64,000 nucleotides of DNA from Emiliania huxleyi CCMP1516 (taxonomy: Eukaryota), in assembly GCF_000372725.1 (NCBI RefSeq), contig NW_005201231.1, positions 296,246-360,245 on the forward strand. Direction: 5' to 3'. Every line of letters starts with the position of its first letter. The first letter of the stretch is position 1. Shown here in pieces: positions 48,622-61,520 of the stretch. The notes beneath the pieces are model-generated. The model did not search any database. It was not told the DNA's origin and worked only from the letters and a program-made list of their open reading frames with translations. The position numbers and the translations under genes were made by a program.

Positions 48622-51600
48622 CTAGCAGTACGTCCACCAGATCGTTCTGAAGGATTCGGCGCGAGTGCAGTCGGCCGAGACCAGGCAGTAGCCCTGTGAA
48701 ACCGCAGTGGCCCCGGTGCACGCAGAAGTGCAAGGGCAAGCTTGCACAGGGCGCTGTTGCGGCGAGAGCAGCGGCTGGGGCGGTGACGGCCAGGGTGGCA
48801 AAGATGGCTGCGACGGAGAGGGCGGTATGGGCGGTAGCGGAAAGGGAGGCACTGTTAACGGTTGCGGCGGAGGCGCTGATGGTGGCGGCTGCACAGGTGG
48901 CCAACGGGGAGAGGGCGGCGCGGGAGAGGGCGGCGGAGAGGGCAAGGGCGGCGGCGGCGGCGAGGGCGGCGGCGGCGAGGGCGGTTGAGACGGAGAGGGC
49001 GACGGCGGCGGCGGCGGCGGCGGCTGCGGAGGAGTTGGCGGCAGCGGAGGAGGTGGCGAGTGTGACGGCGGCGGCGAAGGAGAGTGCGGCGGCGGCGACA
49101 GAGGCGATGGTGGCGGTGGCGACGTGGGCGGCGGTGGCGAGGGAGAAGGCGGCGGCGCCGGCGGAGGCGAGGGCGGCGGAGAGGGAGACGGCGGCGGCGG
49201 CGGCGGTGGCGAGGGCGGCGGTGGCGAGGGCGGCGGCGAGGGCGAGGGCGGCGGCGGCGACGGAGAGGGCGGAGAGGGCGGCGGGGGCGGCGGCGGCGGC
49301 GGCGAGGGAGAGGGCGGGGGTGATGGCGAGGGCGATGGACCCAAAGGCGGCGGCGGCAACGGTGGTGGCGGCGGAGGCGGAGGCGAGGCCAGAGGCGGTG
49401 CCGTCACTGTGATCTGAGCATTCATGCAGTCAGGGGACGAGCAAAAGTAGGGTACTCGCGGCGGCGGCGGCGGCGGCGGCGAAGGAGTGGGCGGCGGCGG
49501 AGGAGGTGGCGAGTGTGGCGGTGGCGAGGGAGAGTGCGGCGGCGGCGGCAGAGGCGACGGTGGCGGTGGCGGCGCGGGCAGCGGTGGCGACGGAGAAGGC
49601 GGCGGCGGCGGAGGCGAGGGCGGCGGAGAGGGAGACGGCGGCGGCGGCGGCGGTGGCGAGGGCGGCGGTGGCGAGGGCGGCGGCGAGGGCGAGGGCGGCG
49701 GCGGCGGCGGAGGCTGGGGCGGTGGTGGCGAGGGCGGCGGCGACGGAGAGGGCGGCGGCGGCGGCGGCAGCGGCAGCGGCGGCGAGGGAGAGGGCGGGGG
49801 TGATGGCGAGGGCGATGGACCCAAAGGCGGCGGCGGCAATGGTGGTGGCGGCGGAGGCGGAGGCGAGGCCGGAGGCGGTGCCGTCACTGTGATCTGAGCA
49901 TTCATGCAGTCGTGGGACGAGCAAAAGTAGGGGTACTCGCCGGGCTCATCGAAGGTGTACGAGTATGTTGCGCCACTCTCGAGCCACGGCGACGCGAACT
50001 GAAAGTCGAAGAACGGGCGCGTCCCGCTCACAATGTCGTAACCGGCGTCCCCAGCGGAGAGCCACGTCACCGTGTCGCCCACATGGATTATGAGCGAGGC
50101 GTTGGGGCAGTCGCCGCTCGGCCCAATGCACGAGCCGCACGAGGCAGCCGACCAACGGATCACGTGCAGGCGACTCTCCATGTACACATCCGTCGAGCGC
50201 GCTGCTGTTGCTGCAGCGCGCTCCGCTTCTAGCAAGGACACTGACAGGAGCGTGGGTGGCGGCCGGGGTGAGGGCGGCGGCGGAGAAGGCGATGGAGGCG
50301 GTGGCGAGGGTGGTGGAGAGGGAGAGGGCGGCGGCGGCGGCGGTTGCGAGGGCGGCGGTGGCGAGGGTGGCGGCGACGGAGAGGGCGGCGGCGGCGGCGG
50401 TGGCGAGGGCGGCGGTGGCGAGGGTGGCGGCGAGGGAGAGGGCGGCGGCGGCGGCGGCAGCGGCGGCGGCGGCGATGAGGGCGGCGGCGGCGACGGAGAG
50501 GGCGGCGATGGCGAGGGGGGTGGAGGCGGCAGTGGCGAGGGCGGCGGCGGAGGCGGCGGCGATGGAGAGGGCGGCGACGGAGAGGGCGGCCTCGGAGAGG
50601 GCGGCCTCGGAGAGGGCGGTGGAGGCGGCAGTGGCGAGGGCGGCGGCGGAGGCGGCGGCGGCGGCGACGGAGAGGGCGGCGACGGAGAGGGCGGTGGCGG
50701 CGAGGGTTGTGGCGGTGAGGGCGGCGGTGAGGACGGCAGTGAGGGCGGCAGTGAGGGCGGTGCTGTGGGTGGTGGCAGTGAGGGTGGCGGCGGCGCTGGC
50801 GGCGAGGGCGGCGGCGGTGAGGGGGGCGTTGGTGGTGAGGGCAGTGTCGAGGGTGGCGGCGTCGACGGCAGCGGCGGCCGCGAGGGAGGCGGCGAGGGCG
50901 GCGGCAAGGGCTGCGGCGAGGGCGGCGGTGGCGCAGGTGGTGGCGGCGAGGGCGGTGGAGGTGAAGGCGGCGGCGGTGAGGGTGGTGGCGGTGAAGGCGG
51001 CGGCGGTGAGGGTGGTGGAGGAGCGGGAAGCGGCGGCGTGGGTGGGGGCGGCGCGGGAAACGGCGGTGGCGGCGTTGGCATTAGCGGCGATGGCGAGGGC
51101 GACGGCTGCGCGGGCGGCGGCGGCGAGGGCGGCGGCGTTGTGGGCGGCGGCGAGGGAAAGGGAGGTGGCGGCGGCGGTGGCGGTGGCGGCGGCGGCAAGG
51201 GTGGCAGCGACGGAGAGGGCGGTGAGGGCGGCGGCAGCGACGGAGAGGGCAGCCTCGGAGAGGGCGGTGGAGGCGGCAGTGGCGAGGGCGGAGGCGGAGG
51301 CGGCGGCGGCGGCGAGGGCGAGGGCGGCGGCGGCGAGGGCGGTGGCGGCGAGGGCGGTGGCGGCGAGGATGAAGGCGGCGGCGGTGAGGGTGGTGGAGGA
51401 GCGGGAAGCGGCGGCGTGGGCGGTGGCGGCGCGGGAAACGGCGGTGGCGGCGTTGGCAATAGCGGCGGTGGCGAGGGCGACGGCTGCGCGGGCGGCGGCG
51501 GCGAGGGCGGCGGCGTTATGGGCGGCGGCGAGGGAAAGGGAGGTGGCGGCGGCGGTGGCGGGGGCGGCGGCGGCGAGGGTGGCAGCGACGGAGAGGGCGG

Positions 51601-54457
51601 TGAGGGCGGCGGCAGCGACGGAGAGGGCAGCCTCGGAGAGGGCGGCAGAGGCGGCAGTGGCGAGGGCGGAGGCGGAGGCGGCGGCGGCGGCGAGGGCGAG
51701 GGCGGCGGCGGCGAGGGCGGTGGCGGCGAGGGCGGTGGCGGCGAGGATGAAGGCGGCGGCGGTGAGGGTGGTGGAGGAGCGGGAAGCGGCGGTGTGGGCG
51801 GTGGCGGCGCGGGAAACGGCGGTGGCGGCGTTGGCAATAGCGGCGGTGGCGAGGGCGACGGCTGGGCGGGCGGCGGCGGCGAGGGCGGCGGCGTTATGGG
51901 CGGCGGCGAGGGAAAGGGGGGTGGCGGCGGCGGTGGCGAGGGCGGCGGCGAGCGTGGCGGCGATGGAGAGGGCGGTGAGGGCGGCGGCGGCGACGGAGAG
52001 GGCAGCCTCGGAGAGGGCGGTGGGGGCGGCAGTGGCGAGGGCGGCGGCGGAGGCGGCGGCGGCGGCGAGGGCGAGGGCGGCGGCGGCGAGGGCGGTGGCG
52101 GCGAGGATGAAGGCGGCGGCGGTGAGGGTGGTGGAGGAGCGGGAAGCAGCGGCGTGGGCGGTGGCGGCGTTGGCGATAGCGGCGGTGGCGAGGGCGACGG
52201 CGTTATTGGCGGCGGCGAGGGAGAGGGCGGCGGCGGCGGCGGTGGCGAGGGCGGCAGCAGCGAGGGCGGCAGCGGTGGGTATGGAGTTGTAGCGGGCAGC
52301 GGCGGGGGCGGTGGCTGCTCGATGCTGCAGCGTCGCCATCGCGTGCTCTCAGAGAAGGACAGGGACTCATTGCAGTCGGCCGAGACCAGGCAATAGCCCA
52401 TGGAGAGGGGTGTGGCTCCGAAGCACGCAGAGGTGCAAGGACACAGCGAGGGCGGTGAGGGCGGCAACGGTGCGGGTAGTGGCGGTGATGGCGCCCACCA
52501 CTCTGGCGGTGGCGGCGGCGGGGGCGAGGGAGGCCGAGGTGCATAGCCGGTCATCGGAACCGCATTCCCTCCTGGGCGGCCGTCAGTGATCCCCGGCATC
52601 GGTCGACTCGACAGGTTGTGCTGGGGAAGAGGAAAAGGCTCGTGCGTCTGTGGCGGCGGCGATAAAGAGGCCGGTGGCGGTGGTGGGAGCGATGGCGAGG
52701 GCGTCTCGGTTGAAGTCTCTGACCTCTCCCCCGATGCGAGATCGCCAAGGCCCGAGCCATAGTCACCTGAGCTGAAATCTCCCGAGCCAACCTCGTCACC
52801 CGATGCGAAGTCGCCCTGTGCGTCCTCTCCAGAGTCGTCTCCAGAGGCGTAGTCCCCATCGGCGTCCAGCTCCAGGGCATCATTGTCTGGGTTTCCGCTG
52901 CCGGTCGCAAAGGACGGTGGCGGTGGTAAGGGCACAGGAGATGGTGGCGGCGATGGCACGTCGGATGGTGGCGGCGAGGGTGCGCCGGACGGTGGTGGTG
53001 AGGGTGCGCCCGACGGCGGTGGAGAGGGCGCACCTGGTGGTGGCGGCGGTGCTGGTGGCGGCGATGAAGGCAGCGGTGGGAGTGAAGGTAGAGGTGTCGA
53101 CGGCAGCGGCGGCGGAAGTGGGGGCTTCGCGGGCAGTGGAGACGGCGAAAGAACCGGAAGCAAGGGAGGTGGCGACGGCAAAGATGGCGGCGTTGGCGCC
53201 TTGCCAGGTGCAAACGGCGGCGGCGGCTCGTACACGCACTCGCCAACAAGCGGTCCCGGGCCGTTGATGACGAGGCCTGCACCAGCCAAGCCTGGTTGAT
53301 CGCTAAGCGTGTTGTTAGCGCTCGTCGAGGGGGTGTTCCCCAGGCGCATCGAAAGGTCCAGGTACAGCTTCGAGAACGGGCCCATTAGCTTCACGGAGAC
53401 CGTGGAATCCAGCGCGACCTGGGACCAAGCATAGCCGTAGATGTTCGAGAGATTGCCATCGCAGGAAGGGCACTTTAGCGGAGTGCGATCTGTGCAGCCG
53501 TCCGTCTCGTGCTCTCGCGCGCTAATCTCTACGTAGCCGAGGGATTCGCTCTTCCACAGCTTCTTTGAGTCCTGATTACTGCAGGTGGTGGCGTTGCCGC
53601 ACGACGTGCAGATGACGTCCTCGACCGTGACATCTGCACCTCTGACTGCCAGTGCCTCTGCCTTTTCGGCAGGGGGGCCTTTTGGGTCGCCGTCTATGTC
53701 GAACCACGACAGGTAGGTGCCAAATATGCTATACGCCGTGTTGGTGCCCGCAACCACAAACTCGAGCCCCAGTGTCGCCCTGGTCCCAACAGCGACCTTG
53801 TAGTTGAAGGCGCCACACTGGGTTCTGCAGCCTGGGTCTCGGGCGCCCTCGCATACCTTCTGCAAGATGCACGACCCGTCGTCGCATGCAAAAGACTCCC
53901 CGTCGGCGTCCGTCTCTGGAACGAACTTGACGACCAAGTCGAACACCACTCCTTGGTGCTCGCCCAGCCGCGACAGCCGGACGCCGTCCGTCGAGGTGAG
54001 ATTGCCGGTAATGCGGTCATCAAGGAGCCGCTTTTGGCCGGTGTCGCTGTATGGGTCGTCGTCGCAGTACTCGGCAAAGTCCAGCTCCACGAGCCTGGTG
54101 TCGCAGGCCGCCAACGCGTTTGGTGTCAAGGGCGGCGGCGGCGATGAGGGCGGGGGCGGCGAGGGCGGCGGAGGGGAGGGCGAGAGCGAGGGCGGCGGCG
54201 GCGTGGGCGGCGGAGGGGCGGGCGGCGGCGGCGAGGGCGAGGTGGAGGGCGGCGGCGTCGTGGGCGGCGGAGGCAGAGTCGGGGGAGGCGATTCCGGAGG
54301 CGAGACGCATGCACGCAGCAATAGTTTGGTGTCGCTTGCGCGAGAGGTGCCAACGCACTCCTCACTGGCGGGGAAGCAGCAGCCGTTTGATTCAACGACC
54401 ACGAGCTCGGCGCAGCCGCCCAAGCCCACGCACGCTGCCTTGCACTGGTCGAGGGTG
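48622..54457 (-). CDS. Giant Ser-Pro-rich (extensin/pherophorin-like) modular protein with a cupredoxin-like domain and Cys-rich modules; 5' end uncertain
   Basis: Uninterrupted ORF of >1900 aa: Cys-rich N-region, ~300-aa globular domain, acidic SG-rich patch, SPn tracts, two CPCTSAC.GAT..S.GYCLVSADC modules, and IHVGDTVTW...SGATYSYTFDEPGEYPYFCSSHDCMNAQITV. Confidence 0.8.
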
Positions 54458-54586
54458 AGTTACGTCGGCGGCGAGCCGCGTCGCCAGCCGTCTCGCGAGA
54501 GAGCGGCGCCGCCGCGTGCGCGCAGCAGCCGCCGCGGCAGAGACGAGCCGCGGCGACGGCCGCACAACCGATAACTGCCATTGGCG

Positions 54587-54636
<50 letters not shown>

Positions 54637-55451
54637 ACCTGCTCCGGCGACACTAGGGACTCGGGCCTGATCCCGCACAAAACATCTCCACACTCTCTCC
54701 TCTCCTATGACACGACTCTCCGACCTGGACTAGATTCCCATGTTTCACCACAAGCGCCACTGCTTCGCCGCGCGCTGCTTACAGCGTCAAGTGCGGCCCT
54801 TAGCTGAGTAGAACTCGAAGTGGGCGTCGAGGGGGCCTATAGTAGAGTGTGAGCCCGCGCGCTGCAAAGCGCTCGAGTGTGGGCGATGGCGCGAGCTGGG
54901 CCATGTACTAAAGCGTGTGACTGTTTCTGCCGTCTTTGAGGGGGTGTGGGCGTAGGAGTGGTGCTCTGCTACCCTTGCAGCCGAGCGCCTTCTCTCAGCT
55001 CCATTGCCTCTAGGGGGTTGTGGCCGTGGATTTGGCCCCCTAGCCCCCCTCTCCGAGAGCAGGCCTGTCCAGTCTGGGTGGGGCGGCGTTATAGCGCCGT
55101 CGTGGCGTGGATTATTCCTGCCGATGTTGGGGTGTTGCCGAGGTGGCGTGTCGGGGTGTCGCCGTACGCGGAGGGTGGTAGTCGCCTCTGGTCTCGAGGT
55201 GTGAATGGAGCTGTGTCAGCTCTGACTAGATCTCGCGTGATATCGCATATCGGCCGTGTTGGCGGTTTCAGCGTGCTTCAGGCGAGGGACTTGGTTGGTG
55301 AGGGCGCGGGTGGGGCGCGTCCGAGGGCTTGCGGGCGCGGGCGAGTGCCAAAGGTGGTGTGGCGCGCCTCAGACCGAGGTCTGTTTGCGCCTGGTCAGCT
55401 GGTGGGTGTGAACAGCACTGTGAAGGCGCGTGGCGGCGGGGTGAGAGTTGA

Positions 55452-55582
55452 GGAGCACTTGGAGCACTTGGAGTGCAGTTATCAACCTCACATCCAGGGC
55501 CGGGGAGCTCAGAAGCGCACCCAGCGGGCCGGATGATCGGGATCGGGTTACGGGCTAGAGAGCCCTAGGCCTAGCCCCGGGG
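55452..55582 (+). mobile_element. Repeat family A, head fragment
   Basis: Matches 20521-20646. Confidence 0.8.
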
Positions 55583-56118
55583 GTGCGCGTTCGCAGGGAA
55601 AGGGCCGTAAAGTAAACACTGGTCTCCGAGGGTTAGTTCCGTGTACCGGGTTTCCCCTTAACTGCAGAACGCCCCCTCCTACTCGGAGCTAACGGACACA
55701 CAACACTGTACTCCACGCACGTACACGGATACGCCTCATGTGCGCCCGCCCGACTCCGGTCCCAGAGTCCCTTCCTTCGCCCGTCAGGGCGAGTCCTCGG
55801 CTCGTCCCGCCCCCTTGCCCCGATCTAAATTCTTGTTTCGGTGAACGAGCTAGCGTGCGGGGACAGCGGCATTGTGCACGGAGCTAAGTGCATTGCCGTT
55901 CTTAACGGAGTCGCTTAGGCGGCTCCGGTGGTGTGCCGGTGATAGTACTAGCACGCGCCAGTTCGCACCTGTGTCGAGCCTGTCTGCTGTGAGAGAGAGT
56001 TGTCTTGTCAAAATTCTTGTGTGCGAGGGAGTTTTGTTGTAAGATTCTTGTTTAGCCCCGCTCGACGCCGAAGGGGTGGCCGAGCGGGGCAATTTGAGCG
56101 GTAGCCGTCCAGCCGACA

Positions 56119-57715
56119 ATGGACGGCCTCGACGCCCTCTTGGCCGAGGCTGCGGCCGAGCGTGAGGTCAAGCGCTCGCCTCCGCCGCCGGTTGCCGCCG
56201 CCGCACCGAGAGTGGCACCAGTCGCACCGCCGCCAGCTTCCCACCAGCCTTCGAGTGAGGCTGCGTCGGAGCTGCACGCAGCACTGAAGGGGTACATCGC
56301 GCACCTGCTCTGCCCGGACGCGCTAGACGCGCTGTCGCTAGCTCTCGCGAGTCGCACGTACGCCGAGGTGGAGGAGTATATCGTCGCTCGGCCAGAGCTC
56401 TCTCGGTACACCCTCAGCGCAGAGGTTGGGCGGATGTCCTATACGGTCTTCCCTTCCGGCGGCGGGTCGCCCGTCACCGAGCCAGGGGCGATCCGCGCGT
56501 ATTACGCCCGCCAGTCCGGAGACGCAGGACGCGACGGCGGCGGCGGCGGCGGCGGCGGCGTGGCCGCGTCTTCTTGCGGCGTGGCCGAGCTGCTGTGGCG
56601 CGCCGCCAACCAGAGCCTCTTCGGCGAGGTGCTCGGCAGCCTGCAGGAGGCGTGGCTTGAGCCGCGGCTGAGCACGTGCGTCGTCGCCACCGCCTCCTCG
56701 CTCAGGCTCGGCGTCATAACAATCGATCAGTGAATGGATTCATTGAACGTCACCGTCACCGCCTCCTCGCTCGTTGATTCTGAAGGAGCCGCCGCCTCCT
56801 CGCGCAGGCTCGACTTCAGGGACGAGACGCAGCCGCGGCTCGACGCCTCGTGCGAGCTGGCCCCGCAGAGACGCGCTCGGACGGAGCATCCACAGCTGCC
56901 CCGCTTCTTGAGAGTCGTCTTTATCTGTGTCGCAGGCCGTGCAGACGCTCGGCGCATCTGACGAGCCGCTCGTCCTCGCGACTATTAATTTACTTTTAAT
57001 TCACGATTAATTAACTATTAATTAGGCGCATCTGACGAGCCGCTTGTCCTCGCGACCACTTCCTAGACACTTCCGAGACACTTCCGAGACACTTCCGAGA
57101 CACTTCCTAGGCGCATCTGACGAGCCGCTTGTCCTCGCGACCACTCAGGCGGCCACTTGGCCACTTCCGAGACACTTCCGAGACGCCTCCTAGATCCCCG
57201 AGACACTTCCGAGACACCTCCTAGACACTTCCGAGACACTTCGGAGAGACTCGCCTCCGAGATGCCTCCTGACGCCTCCCAAGGCGCTGCTGTCCAGGCC
57301 ATGCTGTCTACGCCAGCCTCCCCATTGCTGTCCGCCTCCCATTGCTGTCCGCCTCCCATTGCCGCCTAGGTCAGCGTCTCGCTGTCGCCCGCGCGGCGCG
57401 AGCTGCGGCGAGCTCGAGCTCCACCCAGCGATTACTAATCAACTTGTGATGACCTTTTAATGAGCTATTCATTAGGCGAGCTTGAGCTCCACCCAGCGGC
57501 CGCCGCAATGGCTGCGAACGGCGTCTCTTCACACGCCGCCGGTGTGAACAGGCAAGCGGTGGACAAGCCGCGGCTGGCGACGTACCGCGCGCACGGCGAG
57601 CGGCCTCGACGAGATTGCCCGAGATTAGTCGAGATTTCCCGAGCTCAGGTGCTGCATCTTCGACGAGCGAATCCTCGAGACGGCAGAGGCGATGGCGCGG
57701 TGGGAGGCCGCTTCG

Positions 57716-57763
<48 letters not shown>

Positions 57764-58179
57764 AGCGGGGAGGGTGGAGGGGCGCTGGGCGGTCTTGCTG
57801 CCGGGATCGGTCGTCTGATGCGGCCGGGTCGAGGAGAGGGAGAGGGCGGCGACGGTAGCGGCGGTGGCGGCGGCGGCGGCGGCGGCTGTGGCGGCGGCGG
57901 CGCTGGAGGCGGCGGCGACGGTGCGGGAGGTAGCGGCGGAATTCGCCTCTTGAGCTCCCTCAGCGCGATCGGTGGCAGCGTCGCTTCCGCCGCTTCGGGC
58001 CTCGCGCAGGAGTCGGCCAATCTCGGCCAATTCGGCTGATCTCGCCCGATCTCGGCCAAATCTCTGTTGACTCGGCCTCGGGCGCGCGCGTGCAGGAGTC
58101 GGTCTCGGGGCTGACGGCACTCGCGTCCGACGTTGGCACGGCCGCGGGGATCGGCCAGGCCACGCCGCAGAACGAGTGA
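56119..58179 (+). CDS. Multi-exon hypothetical protein
   Basis: 204-aa first ORF MDGLDALLAEAAAERE...; downstream exon pieces are separated by duplication-type introns (GGCGCATCTGACGAGCCGCTYGTCCTCGCGAC x3); last exon ...GIGQATPQNE*. Confidence 0.6.
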
Positions 58180-58407
58180 TGCGCCGAATTTCGATACTTG
58201 CACAATGCTACGGGCGTGGTATTCACAATGCTATGTGAACGCTCCTGTCCTTGCAGCTTGGTTGCACGTACATAGGAGGCGTGTAGTAATAACTGGTATG
58301 GCCTTCTAGTTTGGTCTTCTCGTGTTTTACTGCCTCGGCTGTCGGCAGCCGCCAGCATCTGAGTGTTCTCCACCGTCGCTCTGTTTCCATTCGCACATTA
58401 CCACGTC

Positions 58408-59430
58408 TAATACCGGTATACTATACTATACGTCAGTAAGTTACTTGATCACGAACACGCGCGCCAAAGACTAGTATGTAGTATACTCCGCCACGTCGAA
58501 AGTGGAGCGAAAACTCAGCCTTGAGTTCTCAGCGCCCTCACGGCCCGCCAATGGCAAACCCGACTCCCTCCGTGTGGCGCCGCCCGATGGTGTTGGGAAC
58601 CCTATTCCGGAGCGATTTCCCCTAGGGTTAGCGCAGAAAAAGCCGGCCCCCTTAGCTCCGGCTAGGGCTAAGGGGCCTCCGCGGCCGACCACGAGGGAGG
58701 GCCGACTTTGGCTTAGCATAGCGGGCCGAGAAAGCCGCCCACACCCGCGAGGATGGTTGTGTGGTTGCCTCCCCGACTCGGACGGCCGCCTCAGAGGGCG
58801 GGTATGCTTCCTCTCGCCCTCTCACCCGCGGGAGATGGCCGAGTCCACGGAGCCGCACGCTGCCTCTCCTTGGACGCAAGGCTCCGACTTCTATAGAGAA
58901 AACCCCATCTGCACCAGCGTTTTAAAGTGAAATCGTCAAGAGAAATCGATGCCCCGGGCTGGGCTTTGGGGTAGGCAGCCACCCTTTCGAAGGTGAGGCG
59001 TAAAGCCGTATCTGCCGACCTGTGAAGACGCTTTACTTGCGAGCAGTGCGTGGACCAAATGGCGCGAGAGCACCGCAACATGGCTAAGGAGGCAGGGAAG
59101 CTTCTGCTCCGAGACGGCCGCTCAGGACCGCAAAATGGTGTTCCTCAAGGTTGTCGTGTTGATCGGGCTGGCCAGTCCCCGGGGCCTGACGGTCCAAGCT
59201 CCAAGGTTTCCCTCAAGAGTACTTCTCCCCTACCCCACCCTTTCACTTTAGATGTGTCGGACCATAATAAAGTAAAGAGCTAAGAGGTAAAGTCAGGGAT
59301 GGGAGGAGCGAGGACGGCACGCCGCCGCCACCACACACACATGATTTTAAAGCCGTATAAAGGAGATTAGCCTTCGTGGTCATCGTGCGGATGCCTCTTC
59401 CTATCTCTGCCACCACCCTCAAAGAACGGC
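58408..59430 (+). repeat. Dispersed repeat C, copy 1
   Basis: 58408-58635 and 59377-59428 are reproduced, joined together, at 63713-64000. Confidence 0.85.
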
Positions 59431-59629
59431 ACCCGCGACAGCCCCCATTACACCCGCGGGCGCGGCTCCCAGATCCGACCCGTCCCGCTAGCATCGCTGA
59501 CTGAGCCCCGCCGGCCCGCAACTCCCACCGTCCCAGATCCCCAGCGGGCGGACCGGGGGGGGGGGCGGGGGGGCGGGCAGGAGCCCCCCGGTGCCGGACA
59601 ATGTTGCCCTCTTGAAGGCCCGCGCTTGC

Positions 59630-61520
59630 TTAGCTAGGGGGCTTCGGGTTCATCACCTTTGGCGAATAGGTCGAGCACGGCCGCTGCTTGCCGGCTGCGT
59701 CCTCGTTCTGGTACGCCCCCTTGTAGAGCGTCCATAGCAGGAACTGGTTCATGTGGCTCATTACGCCGCAGAAACCGAACGCGCACGAGTACCCGGGGAT
59801 GCGCATCCAGTACGCTTGCTTGGGCACGTACGTGCGGTCGTGTGACGAGTAGTGGTCGAAGGAATCGACCGGGTAGGTCGGCTTGTTGCACCAGATGCAC
59901 ACCCCTGGCCAGCAAGGCACCTTGCGAAGGCAGCCCGGGGCAGGAAGGCAAGCCGGCAGGCATGCAAAGAGCGCGCTCTTTGCGACGCAGCCCCAAGTGT
60001 CCCAGGACGGCGGTCCTGCGCGGAACGAGCAGAGGGGGCCGTGGGTCACCTGGGCCAGAGCGAGAAACGGCATGCGTTCTCTTCTTTTACCGAGGCACAA
60101 TCCGGCGTTGTAGGCGCGCAAGACCAGCGCCTCCGAGATGTGGCCGTCGCCGAGCTTGCTCAGGAAGGGGTAGCAGCCCACGGGGCTGGGGCAGAACCAA
60201 AGTCCCCACATTGGGCAGAGGAACGGGGCAATCGACGCGTAAGAGCCGTCCATCACCCACCTATTAATCACGTGCAAGCGCTGTCGCTCGGGCGTTCGCC
60301 CATACTCTCGCACGTCGTCGCTGAATGACGCACCGTTGCGAGTTGATCTTGCCCGCGGCGGGGAAGTCGCCGATCGCGTCCTTATCGATCATGCACTTGT
60401 CAATGTCGCAGGCCGACTCGGGCGTGAAGGCGAGAATCGAGTCGAATGTGATGAGCCGCACCTTGGCGTTGTACTTCTTGGCGATTTCGACCGCGGCGAT
60501 CTGAGCCTGCGCGCCGCCGAGGCTCCACCCCACGATCGTGATCTTCTTCTCGTCCCCGTCGGGCGGCGAGCAAACGAAACCCTCATGGTCGAGCGCCTCG
60601 GTCACGCCTTTCATCCGGTTGACCTTGTTGTCGCCGCAATCCGGCACCCCCTTGAACATCTTGTCGTGCGCCTGCATCCGACAAATTCCGCGGGATGAAG
60701 GAGGGGGGGGGGGGTGAGGGTGTGTGGGTGATACGGAGGGACACCTCGAGGTCTTTCTTGTAGACGCAATACCCCGTTTCGATGACGTCCTCGCCCTGGC
60801 AGTAGGAGAGCTCGCACGCCTTCCAGTTGCCGCAGGGGCCGCAGAAGCCGTCTTGCAAAATGCCCTGCCCGTAGGGGATGCCTTCGGTCTCTGTGGCCGA
60901 GAAGCAAAGGATGTAAGAGCCAGCGGGGGCGAAATGCGTGCCATCGAGCACGTAGTCGCAGTCCACCTTGACGAGATAGTATCGGTCGAGAAGAGTGCCC
61001 GGGCACGCACAGTTGTTCCGGGCGTTGAAGAAGGAGCCCATCGCAATGTACTCTCCCATTTTGGGAGTGTCGGGAGGGCACGGAGGCGATCCGCCGTTTG
61101 CCTTGTCCACGCGCGTGATAGGTGTTTGCCTTCCCGGCGTACTTAGGGCCGTTCTTGCCCGAACCGTTCAAGGAGTGCCCGCAGAACTGAAAGGGGATCC
61201 CCGTGTCCGGCACGCTCGCGCCTAGCCACGACTGGATCATCCAAAACGGGGCCACCTGTTGGATCTCCTCCGGGATCTTGGCCTACAGGTGCGGGGTGGG
61301 GGATGTCCGGGGTGGGGGATGTCGAGGGCGCAGGGGGAAGCTAGGCAGGGGGATGGGGATCCTCGTCCTGCGGCGGCGGCTTGTTGGCTTGGCGCTGCTT
61401 CGCCACGTAGTCCATGGATGGCTTGGGCTGCTTGGGCTGGGAAGGGAGCCTATAAGGGGGGAGATCCCCGTTGACAACACGCTGGAAGATAGGATGGGAG
61501 GCTGCGATGCAACGGGACAT
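59630..61520 (-). CDS. Cysteine-rich class-3 lipase-like alpha/beta hydrolase (introns plus two apparent frameshifts)
   Basis: YILCFSATET (lipase-3 FRGT-like motif) and KITIVGWSLGGAQAQIAA...VRLITFDS (GxSxG elbow). Frame changes near ~61120 and ~60330 with no room for an intron. Exon 1 MSRCIAASHPIFQ... starts at 61520. Confidence 0.7.

Noticed and set aside
49946..52396. Long Gly-rich and Ala-rich ORFs (774, 797 and 694 aa)
   Set aside because: Alternative-frame and antisense shadows of the Ser-Pro-rich CDS.
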